From Candidatus Altiarchaeota archaeon (GTDB taxonomy: Archaea; Altiarchaeota; Altiarchaeia; IMC4; SCGC-AAA252-I15), in assembly GCA_043813075.1 (NCBI GenBank), contig JBDRLL010000006.1, forward strand, positions 1 through 64,000: a stretch of DNA of 64,000 bases, given 5' to 3'. How positions within the stretch are numbered: position 1 is the first letter of the stretch; each line of letters begins with the position of its first letter. The notes beneath the pieces were generated by a model. It saw only the letters and a list, made by a program, of their open reading frames with translations. It ran no database searches and had not been told where the DNA came from. The position numbers and the translations under genes were made by a program. Of this stretch, positions 8,287-17,282 are shown in pieces.

Positions 8287-9207
8287 TAGCATCCTGTTTC
8301 CAACAAGCACAGCCTTTACTGCGTCACCCTGCGACACACCATCCCTTTGGGGGACGTTGTATATCTCATAGGTTTCTGAGTCCATCACCTGCATTCCATC
8401 AGGCTTCAGCGCGTTCACCAGCACACTCCTGAATTCATCCTTTCTCGCGTAGGCGGGAACATGCTCCAGGTCCCTGAGCTTGATCGACCTGTTCTTGCCT
8501 GAGACTATGTCGGTGAACTTGACGTCCCTCGCTATCTCCCTGACCTTCAAGTAGCGTCCATCATACTCTATGACATCGCCAATACCGAAGTCGGTGCCCT
8601 TGACGGCGTAGTAGACTCTGTAGAGATTACGGCCGTTCTTCGTGCCGATAAGCTTTGACGAGGTTTTGACGAAATACCCTTTCTTGCGTATCTCGTATGC
8701 AGCGAGCTTCGCGTATTCCCTGGACATCATGTAGTAGTCCAGGCCTCCCTTCACTTTCACCACCTTAGCCACCTTGGTTTCATCGAGAGCATAGTCCAAG
8801 TCTTCCACGCGGACTTGCATGATGGCCTCGTAGTATCCGCCCGCTATCTTGGAGCATTCCTCGCACGCGAAGAAGACTGGCCTCAGCTTGAAGTTCCAGT
8901 CCTTCTTGAATCTGCTGCCGTTGTATGTGCCGTACACTTCAACAGCTATCTTGACCAGCTTGTCTCCTTCAATGGACTTTACCTTGACCCGGATCACTTC
9001 GACACCGGGTGGCGGCACCAGGTCCTCGGGGAGGTATTCCTTTATTATGTCCTTTAGGGATTCGTAGACTTCCCCCTTGAAGAAGTGCTTGCCGCACTTG
9101 CATATCTCTATCTCTCTTTTCCTAAGCCCGAAGGGGTATTTGTCTGCAAAACAGTCCAAGCACACTCCAATCGAAGGCCTCCCGCACTGGGGGCATTTAG
9201 AAGCCAT
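8278..9207 (-). CDS. nmd3: Ribosome biogenesis factor NMD3-like
   Basis: CPQC..CLDC, ICKCG, CEECSKIAGGYYEAIMQVR, GGLDYY; start at ATG 9207. Confidence 0.85.
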   Translation of the reverse strand: MASKCPQCGRPSIGVCLDCFADKYPFGLRKREIEICKCGKHFFKGEVYESLKDIIKEYLPEDLVPPPGVEVIRVKVKSIEGDKLVKIAVEVYGTYNGSRFKKDWNFKLRPVFFACEECSKIAGGYYEAIMQVRVEDLDYALDETKVAKVVKVKGGLDYYMMSREYAKLAAYEIRKKGYFVKTSSKLIGTKNGRNLYRVYYAVKGTDFGIGDVIEYDGRYLKVREIARDVKFTDIVSGKNRSIKLRDLEHVPAYARKDEFRSVLVNALKPDGMQVMDSETYEIYNVPQRDGVSQGDAVKAVLVGNRMLLV

Positions 9208-9244
9208 TATGGTATTTATATACAATACTCCTATTTTATCTACC

Positions 9245-9400
9245 ATGGCGAGGAACAAGGAGCAGGATAAGAAGGAGACGCTTGTTAAAGCCAACAGAGT
9301 GAGGAAGAGGGCTCCAATCTGGGTTTTCCTGAAGACCAAGCGGAAGGTCAGGGACAGCCCGAAGAGCAGGCGAAACTGGAGAAGAGACAAATTATTCTGA
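9245..9400 (+). CDS. rpl39e: 50S ribosomal protein eL39 (L39e)
   Basis: 51 aa MARNK...APIWVFLKTKRKV...RRNWRR; embedded in track ORF 9077-9400. Confidence 0.93.
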   Translation: MARNKEQDKKETLVKANRVRKRAPIWVFLKTKRKVRDSPKSRRNWRRDKLF

Positions 9401-9409
9401 TAATACTGT

Positions 9410-10366
9410 TTAGACCATCGTTTTCTCTAGGAAATTGAAGACATATCCTATGAGTATTATGCCGCCTGCCACCAGCCCGAAGAATGCTATTATCAGGCGT
9501 ATCTTCATGGCCCTCCGGAGTATGACTGCTTCCGGAAGGCTTAATGCCGCAGTCGCCATCATGAACGCGAGCGCCGTGCCTAGGGGCATTCCCTTCTGGA
9601 ATAGGACCAATGCTATGGGGACTACTGCACTGCAGTTAGCGTAGATGGGTATGCCGATCAATGCGGCGATTGGCACTGAGAACACGCCGGTCGCGCTTAT
9701 CGCAGACTCTATGGCCTCCGCCGGTATGAACCCGTGTATGACCGCGCCTATGCCCACGCCAACCATCACCCAGAGCCAGAGTTTCCTCACTATCGAGGAT
9801 GCCTCGCTCATGCCGTAAGCCATGCGGTCTCTGAATCGAGGGTGGAGTTTCTCGGCCTTATCATCGGTCGACTTCATGTCCGACTCTATCTCGGATTCAA
9901 GGTGCATTGAGTTCACAAGGATCCCGGACATGACCCCCAACGCCATCCCGAATAGCACGTATGCCGCGGTTATCCTCCATCCGAAGAACCCCAGCATTAA
10001 AACCGTCAAGTACTCGTTGATGAGGGGTGAGGTCACGAGGAATGAGAATGAAGGCCCGATGGGGACGCCAGCCTTCAGGAAGCTTATGAAGATGGGTATT
10101 GAGGAGCAGGAGCAGAAGGGCGTCAAAGCACCGAAGGCTGATGCCATCACGTAGCCTGCGCCATAACGGCTTCTTGAAAGCCACACCTTAATCTTATTTT
10201 GGGGTATGTAGGTCCTCAACACGCCTATGAACGCTATCATGAGGTATAGTAGTAGCAGTATCTTTACGGTGTCGTAGAGGAAGAAGTGGCACGCCTTCCC
10301 GAATGCCGTGTCTTCTGACAGCCCTAGGAAGCCGTACACCACGAGGTCGCATAACCATTCTATCAT
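9410..10366 (-). CDS. ArsP/DUF318 permease
   Basis: TPFCSCSSIP, SPLINE, G.PLGTALAFMM, LSLPE. Confidence 0.9.
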   Translation of the reverse strand: MIEWLCDLVVYGFLGLSEDTAFGKACHFFLYDTVKILLLLYLMIAFIGVLRTYIPQNKIKVWLSRSRYGAGYVMASAFGALTPFCSCSSIPIFISFLKAGVPIGPSFSFLVTSPLINEYLTVLMLGFFGWRITAAYVLFGMALGVMSGILVNSMHLESEIESDMKSTDDKAEKLHPRFRDRMAYGMSEASSIVRKLWLWVMVGVGIGAVIHGFIPAEAIESAISATGVFSVPIAALIGIPIYANCSAVVPIALVLFQKGMPLGTALAFMMATAALSLPEAVILRRAMKIRLIIAFFGLVAGGIILIGYVFNFLEKTMV

Positions 10367-10488
10367 CAGTCACAGCAGCCGCAGCCGCCCCCGGACTTAC
10401 AGCAGGAACCCTTCTTCTTGGACTTGTCCTTCATCTTACCGTCAATCTTGTCTAAAATCCTCCCGAAAAAGCCTTTTTTATCCGCCAT
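10366..10488 (-). CDS. 40-aa Cys-tailed small protein (putative metal/metalloid-binding peptide)
   Basis: Manual translation MADKKGFFGRILDKIDGKMKDKSKKKGSCCKSGGGCGCCD*; GGTGA SD upstream; TGA overlaps the permease ATG (TGATG). Confidence 0.75.
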   Translation of the reverse strand: MADKKGFFGRILDKIDGKMKDKSKKKGSCCKSGGGCGCCD

Positions 10489-10501
10489 GCATATCACCAA
10501 A

Positions 10502-10529
10502 AATCATATAATGAAATTCGAATATGATT
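10502..10529. promoter_or_regulatory. Inverted repeat AATCATAT-N12-ATATGATT, candidate ArsR operator
   Basis: Perfect 8-bp arms in the divergent promoter between arsR and the peptide/permease unit. Confidence 0.55.
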
Positions 10530-10565
10530 ATATGTATTTATTGAATAAAAACTGATTAGTAACCG

Positions 10566-10895
10566 ATGGCTGTGAGTGAGAATGAGAAATGCAGGTGCCT
10601 GAAGGAGGTCCCAAAACTCAGCAGGATTCTTTTTTCCGCCAGAGAACTCGAATCTAAGACCAGGCTTATGAGGCTCTTGTCGCATCCGACTAGGATGCAG
10701 GTCCTCAGGATACTATCCGAGAAAGACGTCTGCGTGTGCGTACTATGCAGGCTATTGAAGAAAAGCCAGCCGAACATAAGCCAGCACCTGTCAAAGCTGA
10801 AGGACAACGGGATAGTGGGATGCTATCAGAGGGGGAAACTAGTATACTACAGGATCAGCGACCCTGATGTAAAGGCGACAGTAAAGCGGATCTAG
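10566..10895 (+). CDS. arsR: ArsR/SmtB-family metalloregulator
   Basis: LSHPTRMQVL, VCVC, SQPNISQHLSKLK, RGKLVYY. Confidence 0.9.
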   Translation: MAVSENEKCRCLKEVPKLSRILFSARELESKTRLMRLLSHPTRMQVLRILSEKDVCVCVLCRLLKKSQPNISQHLSKLKDNGIVGCYQRGKLVYYRISDPDVKATVKRI

Positions 10896-11812
10896 TCGCC
10901 CCAATACGGGTTCTTTATGTACATGTAGGCTTTAAGCCCTGCAGTGCATCCTTCCCCGACTGCTGTGGCTATCTGCGGTATGCCGCCGGTCACGTCGCCT
11001 GCGGCGAATACGCCGGGAATGTTCGTCCTCATGTCCCTGCCCACCTGGATGAACCCCTTATCATCCAACTGGACTCCAGCCTTCTTAGCCAGCTGCGTGG
11101 AAGGAACGTTACCTATGGATATGAATATTCCATTAACCTTCAGCGATGACGCTTCCCCAGACTGGTTGCTCTTTATCCTGAGTTCGCTGACAAAAGCATC
11201 GCCAGATATCTCCTCTATGGCAGAATCCAGTATGACTTCAACCCCGCTCTTCTTAAGGTCTTCCTGCAGGGTCTCCTCAGCCCGGAGCTCACCGCGCCTG
11301 TGCACCAGGTAAGTCTTATCCGCGACGCCATTCAGGTATAAAGCATCCTCCACAGCAGCATTCCCTCCGCCGATGACTGCAACAGACTTGCCCTTGAAAA
11401 GCGGGCCATCGCATGTGGCACAGTAGCTGACGCCCTTGCCCACGAACTTCTGCTCGCCCTTCGCCTGCAGCTTACGGTGCTGGCCGCCAGTGGCGATTAC
11501 GACAGTCTTGCACTTAATCCCTTTAGAGCGGGTCTTGACAGTCTTCACGTCACCGTCCAGCGCAAGGTCTATCACCTCGTCATTCAGGAATTCCACTCCA
11601 AGGCTCCTGCAGTGGTCCTCCATTTGGGCGGACAATTCCGGGCCTGGAACGCTTTTAACGCCAGGCCAGTTGCACACCTCAGTAGTGACCTGCATCTGCC
11701 CGCCGCACAAGCCCCTTTCAATGATTATCGTCTTGAGGCTCCGCCTTATCGCGTATATTCCAGCAGTCATGCCAGCAGGACCGCCACCAATGATAACGAC
11801 GTCATAATCCAT
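10892..11812 (-). CDS. trxB: Thioredoxin-disulfide reductase
   Basis: GGGPAG, GVSYCATCDG, GGGNAA, TNIPGVFAAGD. Confidence 0.93.
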   Translation of the reverse strand: MDYDVVIIGGGPAGMTAGIYAIRRSLKTIIIERGLCGGQMQVTTEVCNWPGVKSVPGPELSAQMEDHCRSLGVEFLNDEVIDLALDGDVKTVKTRSKGIKCKTVVIATGGQHRKLQAKGEQKFVGKGVSYCATCDGPLFKGKSVAVIGGGNAAVEDALYLNGVADKTYLVHRRGELRAEETLQEDLKKSGVEVILDSAIEEISGDAFVSELRIKSNQSGEASSLKVNGIFISIGNVPSTQLAKKAGVQLDDKGFIQVGRDMRTNIPGVFAAGDVTGGIPQIATAVGEGCTAGLKAYMYIKNPYWGD

Positions 11813-11870
11813 GATTTTGAGATATATCCTGTGAATCATGGTTTAAATTTGCATTATGCGAATGCGGCCG

Positions 11871-12104
11871 CTATTCGGGAGAGGAGTATATCGACTCGGA
11901 TATCACCTTCTTAATGTCGTTGAATCGCTTGGTGAATTTGACGTCAGGACTCCTCGGCCTGCTGAGTTCAATTGCGTGTTCCCCCATTATCCTCCCGTCC
12001 TTGAGGACTAGGGCCCTGTCCGCCAGGAATACGGCCTCGTCTATCGAGTGTAGGATTAGCCACTCTGTTTCATGCTGATTAATGAAGACATTGCGGACTC
12101 CCAC
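11871..12104 (-). pseudogene. C-terminal remnant of an ABC transporter ATPase (nitrate/sulfonate type)
   Basis: HSIDEAVFLADR H-loop and LSRPR tail only; no Walker A/B or signature motif. Confidence 0.7.
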
Positions 12105-12188
12105 AGAAAATACTTCAACTATCTGTGGGAGATGGCTAAAAAATAATTTTATATTATAAAAGAATAGTTTTTATTATATAAATTATGT

Positions 12189-12605
12189 TTATATTTTACG
12201 TATTTCTATTGTTACAGGCAGCCCGCAAGCAAGCTTCTCGACCAGCCCACGGCCCAAGTCTAGGGCAGCCTTGTCCGCGTTCACTGCGAGAGTGCGCGAA
12301 CAGACGTACTCGCTCTTGCGCAATACAGCGTCGGTGGGGTGGGTGAAGGAGAGTCCAGGATGCCCGTATGCTGTGACCGTGTCTGAGATGCCGCCACACG
12401 TTATCTTGATTTTGATTTTCGTGCCAGGGTTTCGAAGCACTTCAAGTAGTTCAGGCTTAAGGTCGCCAAGTGACTTGTCAGCGCCCACAGCGATGATACA
12501 ATCACCGCGCGGCGTTAGGTGAGTCTCCTTTGTGAATTCCAGCGTGGTCTTGTGGGTTGAAAGCACGTTAGGGTGTCCGCGCGCGGCGACAACATCCCTA
12601 ATCAC
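12189..12605 (-). CDS. DUF371 protein
   Basis: GHPNVLSTHKTTLEFTKE..LTPRGDCII, RKS.Y.CSRT. Confidence 0.9.
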   Translation of the reverse strand: MIRDVVAARGHPNVLSTHKTTLEFTKETHLTPRGDCIIAVGADKSLGDLKPELLEVLRNPGTKIKIKITCGGISDTVTAYGHPGLSFTHPTDAVLRKSEYVCSRTLAVNADKAALDLGRGLVEKLACGLPVTIEIRKI

Positions 12606-13350
12606 CTGACCTCACCTTCCGTAGGACTTCATTATACTCTGCCTTAACGCCTTGCTTGGTGAAGTAGTTGACTATGTTGGCGACGTCGCGCTCCACGAAC
12701 TCTTCGGCGAGCGGGTGCTCTAGCAGTACTCCCGTACTGAAGTCTATGACCACAGGCCTGCCCCAGTCGAGAAGGTTGTATTCGCTCAGGTCGCCGTGGA
12801 CTAGGCCTCGTGAATACATCTTCCGCATGTAGTCCAGAGTCCTGTTGAAGTATCCTGTAGGGTCTTTGAGGGCGGAGTCCTTGAGTCTTGGGGCTGGTAT
12901 GCCGTCGTCGCCTATGAACTGCATCACCAGGACGTTGTTCATCACCGCTATCGGCTTGGGGCATTCCACTTCACCGGATATCCTGGAGAGGTTGCTGTAC
13001 TCCTTCTGCGCCCACGTGTTGACCAGCTGCCTCTTGTTCTTCCAGGACGTGAATCGTGGGTCGCCGCGGATGTACTTCCCCATGTTCTTGAAGTCGCTGG
13101 TCTCATATGCGTATATCTTCAACGCAACCGATTCCCCATCCCTTAAGCCATGGTAGACGTTAGCCTCCTTGCCCTGCGACACGAGGCTCTTGATTTCCGT
13201 GAACGCTCCCTTCCGCGATAGTTTGCTGAGCGTCAGGAGGGTTGCGTTGTCGAAGACCCTCTCGCTTATCTTCCTCCTGCTGTGTCTGCCGGATATCCGC
13301 CCGTCAACCTCGGTCTTGGATAGCTTGTCGTAGACTTCGTCTTCCTTCAT
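12598..13350 (-). CDS. rio1: RIO1-family Ser/Thr kinase
   Basis: SQGKEANVY, YIRGDPRF, WAQKEYSNL, HGDLSEYN, IDFS. Confidence 0.93.
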   Translation of the reverse strand: MKEDEVYDKLSKTEVDGRISGRHSRRKISERVFDNATLLTLSKLSRKGAFTEIKSLVSQGKEANVYHGLRDGESVALKIYAYETSDFKNMGKYIRGDPRFTSWKNKRQLVNTWAQKEYSNLSRISGEVECPKPIAVMNNVLVMQFIGDDGIPAPRLKDSALKDPTGYFNRTLDYMRKMYSRGLVHGDLSEYNLLDWGRPVVIDFSTGVLLEHPLAEEFVERDVANIVNYFTKQGVKAEYNEVLRKVRSGD

Positions 13351-13386
13351 GATGTAGATATATACGGTGAAACAGGATATTTTAAC

Positions 13387-14142
13387 ATGCTATCGACTCC
13401 AGCCAGAAGCATTATCGTGGCCACACTCCTACTGGCGGCGGCAGGATGCCTTTCAGAGGAGCGTGGGGAGGCCACTACGACAAGCCTTATGAAGGGGGTT
13501 AATGCTGCTGCCGGCAGCACCATGACCAACAAGCCTTTCGTCCCTTATGAGCCCTACGCCCTGTCAAGAAATGGGACAACCACGACCACAATGGGGGGAT
13601 ACTCTTACTATGGCAGCGGGGACTTGGGGGATATTGTATACCCTACTCTGGATGTGGATGCTCCCGAAAATACGGTAAGAGGGGACTCTGACACTGGTGC
13701 TGGGGGTTACGGTGGTTTTACTGGCAGTGAGACAGAAGGTGATGGTTATACCGGCGGGGGCGGCACGAAAACTCCGTCTGCGGGAGGGGGTGTCGGCGGG
13801 AAGCCGGACATCGGATGGTGCGAGACACTGGGGGGCAAGTCGGTCTGCGGCGTCTGGGAGTACTGTCCCGGCAGTACGATCAAGATAAGTGATGATGGCG
13901 GGACATGCTGTGACACTGCATGCAAGAGGGGGGAGATAAGGTACGAGTACAACTGCGAGAAGAAGTGCATGCAAGTCTACGGGACAACGGGATTCTGCAA
14001 CGTGTACTGGAACAAGAGGCCGTGCCCTGGACAGGAGCCGGCAGGCGGCGTATTGTTCCCTGAAACGTGCGTGTACGCTAGGCCCAACAAGGTTGACGTT
14101 CCGATACCATGCTGCTGCGAGAACAAGCTCCCAGTATTCTAG
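13387..14142 (+). CDS. Putative lipoprotein with Thr/Gly-rich linker and Cys-rich C-terminal domain
   Basis: LLLAAAGC lipobox; C-terminal CxxxGG..C...CP...CC..C clusters. Confidence 0.7.
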   Translation: MLSTPARSIIVATLLLAAAGCLSEERGEATTTSLMKGVNAAAGSTMTNKPFVPYEPYALSRNGTTTTTMGGYSYYGSGDLGDIVYPTLDVDAPENTVRGDSDTGAGGYGGFTGSETEGDGYTGGGGTKTPSAGGGVGGKPDIGWCETLGGKSVCGVWEYCPGSTIKISDDGGTCCDTACKRGEIRYEYNCEKKCMQVYGTTGFCNVYWNKRPCPGQEPAGGVLFPETCVYARPNKVDVPIPCCCENKLPVF

Positions 14143-14504
14143 AAGTCTTCAATGCCCTTCAGGTGGCCGTGGTCTTCAAGCCACTTGGCTTGCTGTGGAG
14201 TGTACCGCCATAGGACGTCGCCACGCTCGTTGCCCTGGACTTCCCATGGTTCTACGAGGACTATGTTACCCTCCTTGATCCATATCCTCCTCCTGACTTT
14301 CCCTGGAATCCTGCAGAGTCGGGTGTTGCCGTCAGTGCACTTCACGCTCATCCTCCGGTCTCCGAGAAGCTGCTCCACCTCACCCAGTATCTGACCCCTG
14401 CGTGGAAGTCTGACACGGACTATCGCATCCTCTCCGTTGGGTGACCTGCTTACAGTAACCGCTTCACCCTCATTTTCTTCTGTGTCTTCCACGTCATCGA
14501 CCAT
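14139..14504 (-). CDS. eif1a: Translation initiation factor aIF-1A
   Basis: RVRLP, VKCTDGNTRLCRIPGK, RIWIKEG, VEPW, RYT; start at ATG 14504. Confidence 0.95.
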   Translation of the reverse strand: MVDDVEDTEENEGEAVTVSRSPNGEDAIVRVRLPRRGQILGEVEQLLGDRRMSVKCTDGNTRLCRIPGKVRRRIWIKEGNIVLVEPWEVQGNERGDVLWRYTPQQAKWLEDHGHLKGIEDF

Positions 14505-14535
14505 ACTTAATAATACGCTACAGCATATTAATAAG

Positions 14536-14928
14536 ATGCTTTGGGATGAACTCAAGAAGAGGAGCATAGACGGCATTGAGGACCTGATTGTGGTGATAGT
14601 GCAGGATAACGAGTCCAATGAAGTCCTGATGCAGGCCTACGCCGACAGGGAGGCGTTTGAGAAGACGGTTGAGACGGGTAAGGCGCATTATTACTCCACC
14701 AGCAGGAAGAAGCTATGGCTTAAAGGCGAGTCCTCCGGCAACATACAGGCTGTCAGGGAGGTTCTAGTTGACTGCGACGGCGACACAGTCATATACCGTG
14801 TCGTCCAGAAGGGCGGGGCATGCCATAAGGGATACAGGTCTTGCTTCTACCGTAAAGCCGTTCAAGGCGGGCTTAAGGTCGTCGGGGAGAAGGTTTTCAA
14901 CCCTGACGAGGTCTATAAGAAGGGTTAA
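14536..14928 (+). CDS. hisI: Phosphoribosyl-AMP cyclohydrolase
   Basis: YYSTSRKKLWLKGESSG, DCDGD, ACHKGYRSCF. Confidence 0.95.
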   Translation: MLWDELKKRSIDGIEDLIVVIVQDNESNEVLMQAYADREAFEKTVETGKAHYYSTSRKKLWLKGESSGNIQAVREVLVDCDGDTVIYRVVQKGGACHKGYRSCFYRKAVQGGLKVVGEKVFNPDEVYKKG

Positions 14929-14968
14929 GAATTATTTTAAACAGTCTTACCCTATTGATTAGAGTAGA

Positions 14969-16363
14969 ATGAAGGCCATAGTAATGAAGTTCGGCGGGAC
15001 CTCGGTCGCAGACGGAGACAGGATAAGGCATGTCGCAGAACTCGTGAAGAAGGATGAGAGGCCGACTGTCGTGGTCGTGTCCGCGATGAGCGGGGTCACA
15101 GACAAGCTGATAAACATCGCGTGGAAGGTCGTTGACCTGCCCAACAACGTGGTCGAGAGGGAGGTTGACGCGTTCTGCAGGGAGCTTCTCGCGCAGCACA
15201 GGTCTGCTGTCATGAAGGCTGTGACAGACAAGAAGAGGAGGAGCGACGCGTTGAGCGAGGTCATAGAGCTCATCGACAAGCTAAAGGTTACGCTTCTTGG
15301 CGTCGGGTATCTGGAGGACCTTTCCCCAAAGAGCTTGGATTACATACAGAGCTTCGGCGAGAGGCTTAACATAATAACGGTTTCAGGAGCCCTATACTCT
15401 CTTGGAGTTAAGAGCACATACCTTACCGGATACGAGGCAGGGATTGTGACCGACGGCTTCTTCGGGAGGGCTCGGCCCATGCACGCGAAGCTAAAGAAGA
15501 ACATACCGGAGTCGCTAAACCCGCTGCTCAAGAAGGGTGTGACCCCCGTGGTCGCGGGCTTCATAAGCGCGGACGAGAGCGCGAGGATAACCACGCTGGG
15601 TAGGGGCGGGTCAGACTACACTGCATCGCTGATTGGGAAATACTTGAATGCCGAGGAAGTTCAGATATGGACTGACGTGGATGGGATACTCTCCACAGAC
15701 CCTAGGATCGTTAAGAAAGCCAAGCTGATTTCAACACTATCGTATGTGGAGGCCATGGATTTGGCGTACTTCGGTGCGAAGGTCATACACAGCAAGATGA
15801 TAGAGCCCGCCATGCAGGCGAAGATACCTGTGAGGGTGAAGAACACGTTCAACCCGGATTGTGAAGGCACGCTGATAGTTAAGAAGCAGCAGAAGATTGA
15901 GGGTGTGATAAAGGCTGTTGCGATAGCCAAGGACGTTGCGATAGTCAACCTCCAGGGTGTCGGGATGGCTGAGACCCCCAACATAGCCGGTAAGACGTTT
16001 GGAGCGATGGGCGACGGGAACATAAACGTGTTGATGATCTCAGGCTCCTCCGAGTCAAACCTGTCTTTCGTGATATCAGACAAGGATGTTGACAGGAGCA
16101 TGGAACTCCTGGAGGATGCGTTAGGGGGGGACATAGTGAGGAGCGTCGACCTGATAAAGGACGTGGCCATAGTGACTGTGGTTGGGACTGGGATGGCTGG
16201 GACGAAGGGCATCGCAGCCCAGGTGTTCATGACCGTTGCTGAATCCAAGGCAAACATAATAATGATCGCGCAGGGCTCCAGCGAGGTGAACATAGCCTTC
16301 ATGATAAAGACTTCCGACGTGAAGAAGGTTGTTGACGCATTGCACCAGAGATTCATAGAGTGA
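14969..16363 (+). CDS. lysC: Aspartate kinase with two ACT domains
   Basis: VMKFGGTSV, VVSAM, TLGRGGSDYTA, WTDVDG, FGAKV. Confidence 0.95.
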   Translation: MKAIVMKFGGTSVADGDRIRHVAELVKKDERPTVVVVSAMSGVTDKLINIAWKVVDLPNNVVEREVDAFCRELLAQHRSAVMKAVTDKKRRSDALSEVIELIDKLKVTLLGVGYLEDLSPKSLDYIQSFGERLNIITVSGALYSLGVKSTYLTGYEAGIVTDGFFGRARPMHAKLKKNIPESLNPLLKKGVTPVVAGFISADESARITTLGRGGSDYTASLIGKYLNAEEVQIWTDVDGILSTDPRIVKKAKLISTLSYVEAMDLAYFGAKVIHSKMIEPAMQAKIPVRVKNTFNPDCEGTLIVKKQQKIEGVIKAVAIAKDVAIVNLQGVGMAETPNIAGKTFGAMGDGNINVLMISGSSESNLSFVISDKDVDRSMELLEDALGGDIVRSVDLIKDVAIVTVVGTGMAGTKGIAAQVFMTVAESKANIIMIAQGSSEVNIAFMIKTSDVKKVVDALHQRFIE

Positions 16364-16364
16364 A

Positions 16365-17282
16365 ATGAAGTCAGATCTAACCGAGAGGGTGTTGAGTCTG
16401 CTCGACGAAGCCGGCTTTCAGGTTGTGGACTGCACCGGATCCAGGAGCAGTTTCGACATAATCGCCAAGAGGGGGGAAGTCCTGTTCCTGGTCAAGATAC
16501 TCAAAAACATTGAGGGATTAAACAGGTTCTCAGCCAACGAGCTTAAGAACGTCGCGTCACTCCTTTCTGGAATACCCTTTGTCATAGGGGAGGGTATGAA
16601 GAACTCCATGCTGTCTGACGACGTTGTGTACGACAGGTATGGGATATGCGTCTCAAGCCCCACGACTTTTGAGAGGATAATAAACAACATGCTCCCAAGC
16701 ATCTATTCGACCCGCGGTAATTACTGTGTTAAGATAGACTCGAAGCACTTGAGCGAGTTGAGGCACAAGTCAGGCCTCACGCAGGACGCCTTGGCTAAGA
16801 GGCTTAACGTTTCGAAGCAGAGCGTATACAGGTATGAGAGGGAGGGTAGGGTGTCGCTCGACGTTTTTGAACGGCTCATAGACTTGTTTGAGGACGAGGG
16901 TCTTGCGCTCCCCGGATTTGAGATGGAATTCCAGTTCAACGGGCCGGAGTCTAGGAGGCATGTGTCACGGCACGTCAGCGACCTGAAGAAGGTTGTGCTC
17001 GAGGAGTTCAGGAACATGGGCTTCAAGACGTCCATGACGAACGCTCCCTTCGACATTTACGCTTCCAAGGACGAGATGATTCTGACTGTGGTCAGCAACG
17101 ACTGGAGGAGGTTGAAGCACAGGATAGAGATGATGCGGGACATAACAAGCATGGTTGGCGGCTACAGCGTCTGCATAAGCGAGAGGCATGTGGACATTGA
17201 CGGTTCTGTTATACGGCCTGAGGAACTGCATGAGATTCATTCTCCGAAGGATTTCTTCAAGCTGCTGTCCGAGGACTTCTAG
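16365..17282 (+). CDS. Conserved archaeal Cro/C1 HTH transcriptional regulator (COG1395-like)
   Basis: SFDIIAKR, DRYGI, RGNY.VKID, GLTQDALAKRLNVSKQSVYRYE, APFD. Confidence 0.85.
   Translation: MKSDLTERVLSLLDEAGFQVVDCTGSRSSFDIIAKRGEVLFLVKILKNIEGLNRFSANELKNVASLLSGIPFVIGEGMKNSMLSDDVVYDRYGICVSSPTTFERIINNMLPSIYSTRGNYCVKIDSKHLSELRHKSGLTQDALAKRLNVSKQSVYRYEREGRVSLDVFERLIDLFEDEGLALPGFEMEFQFNGPESRRHVSRHVSDLKKVVLEEFRNMGFKTSMTNAPFDIYASKDEMILTVVSNDWRRLKHRIEMMRDITSMVGGYSVCISERHVDIDGSVIRPEELHEIHSPKDFFKLLSEDF

Noticed and set aside
9077-9390. Apparent long overlap of nmd3 and rpl39e ORFs
   Set aside because: Artefact of upstream start choice; the true starts at 9207 and 9245 are divergent and do not overlap
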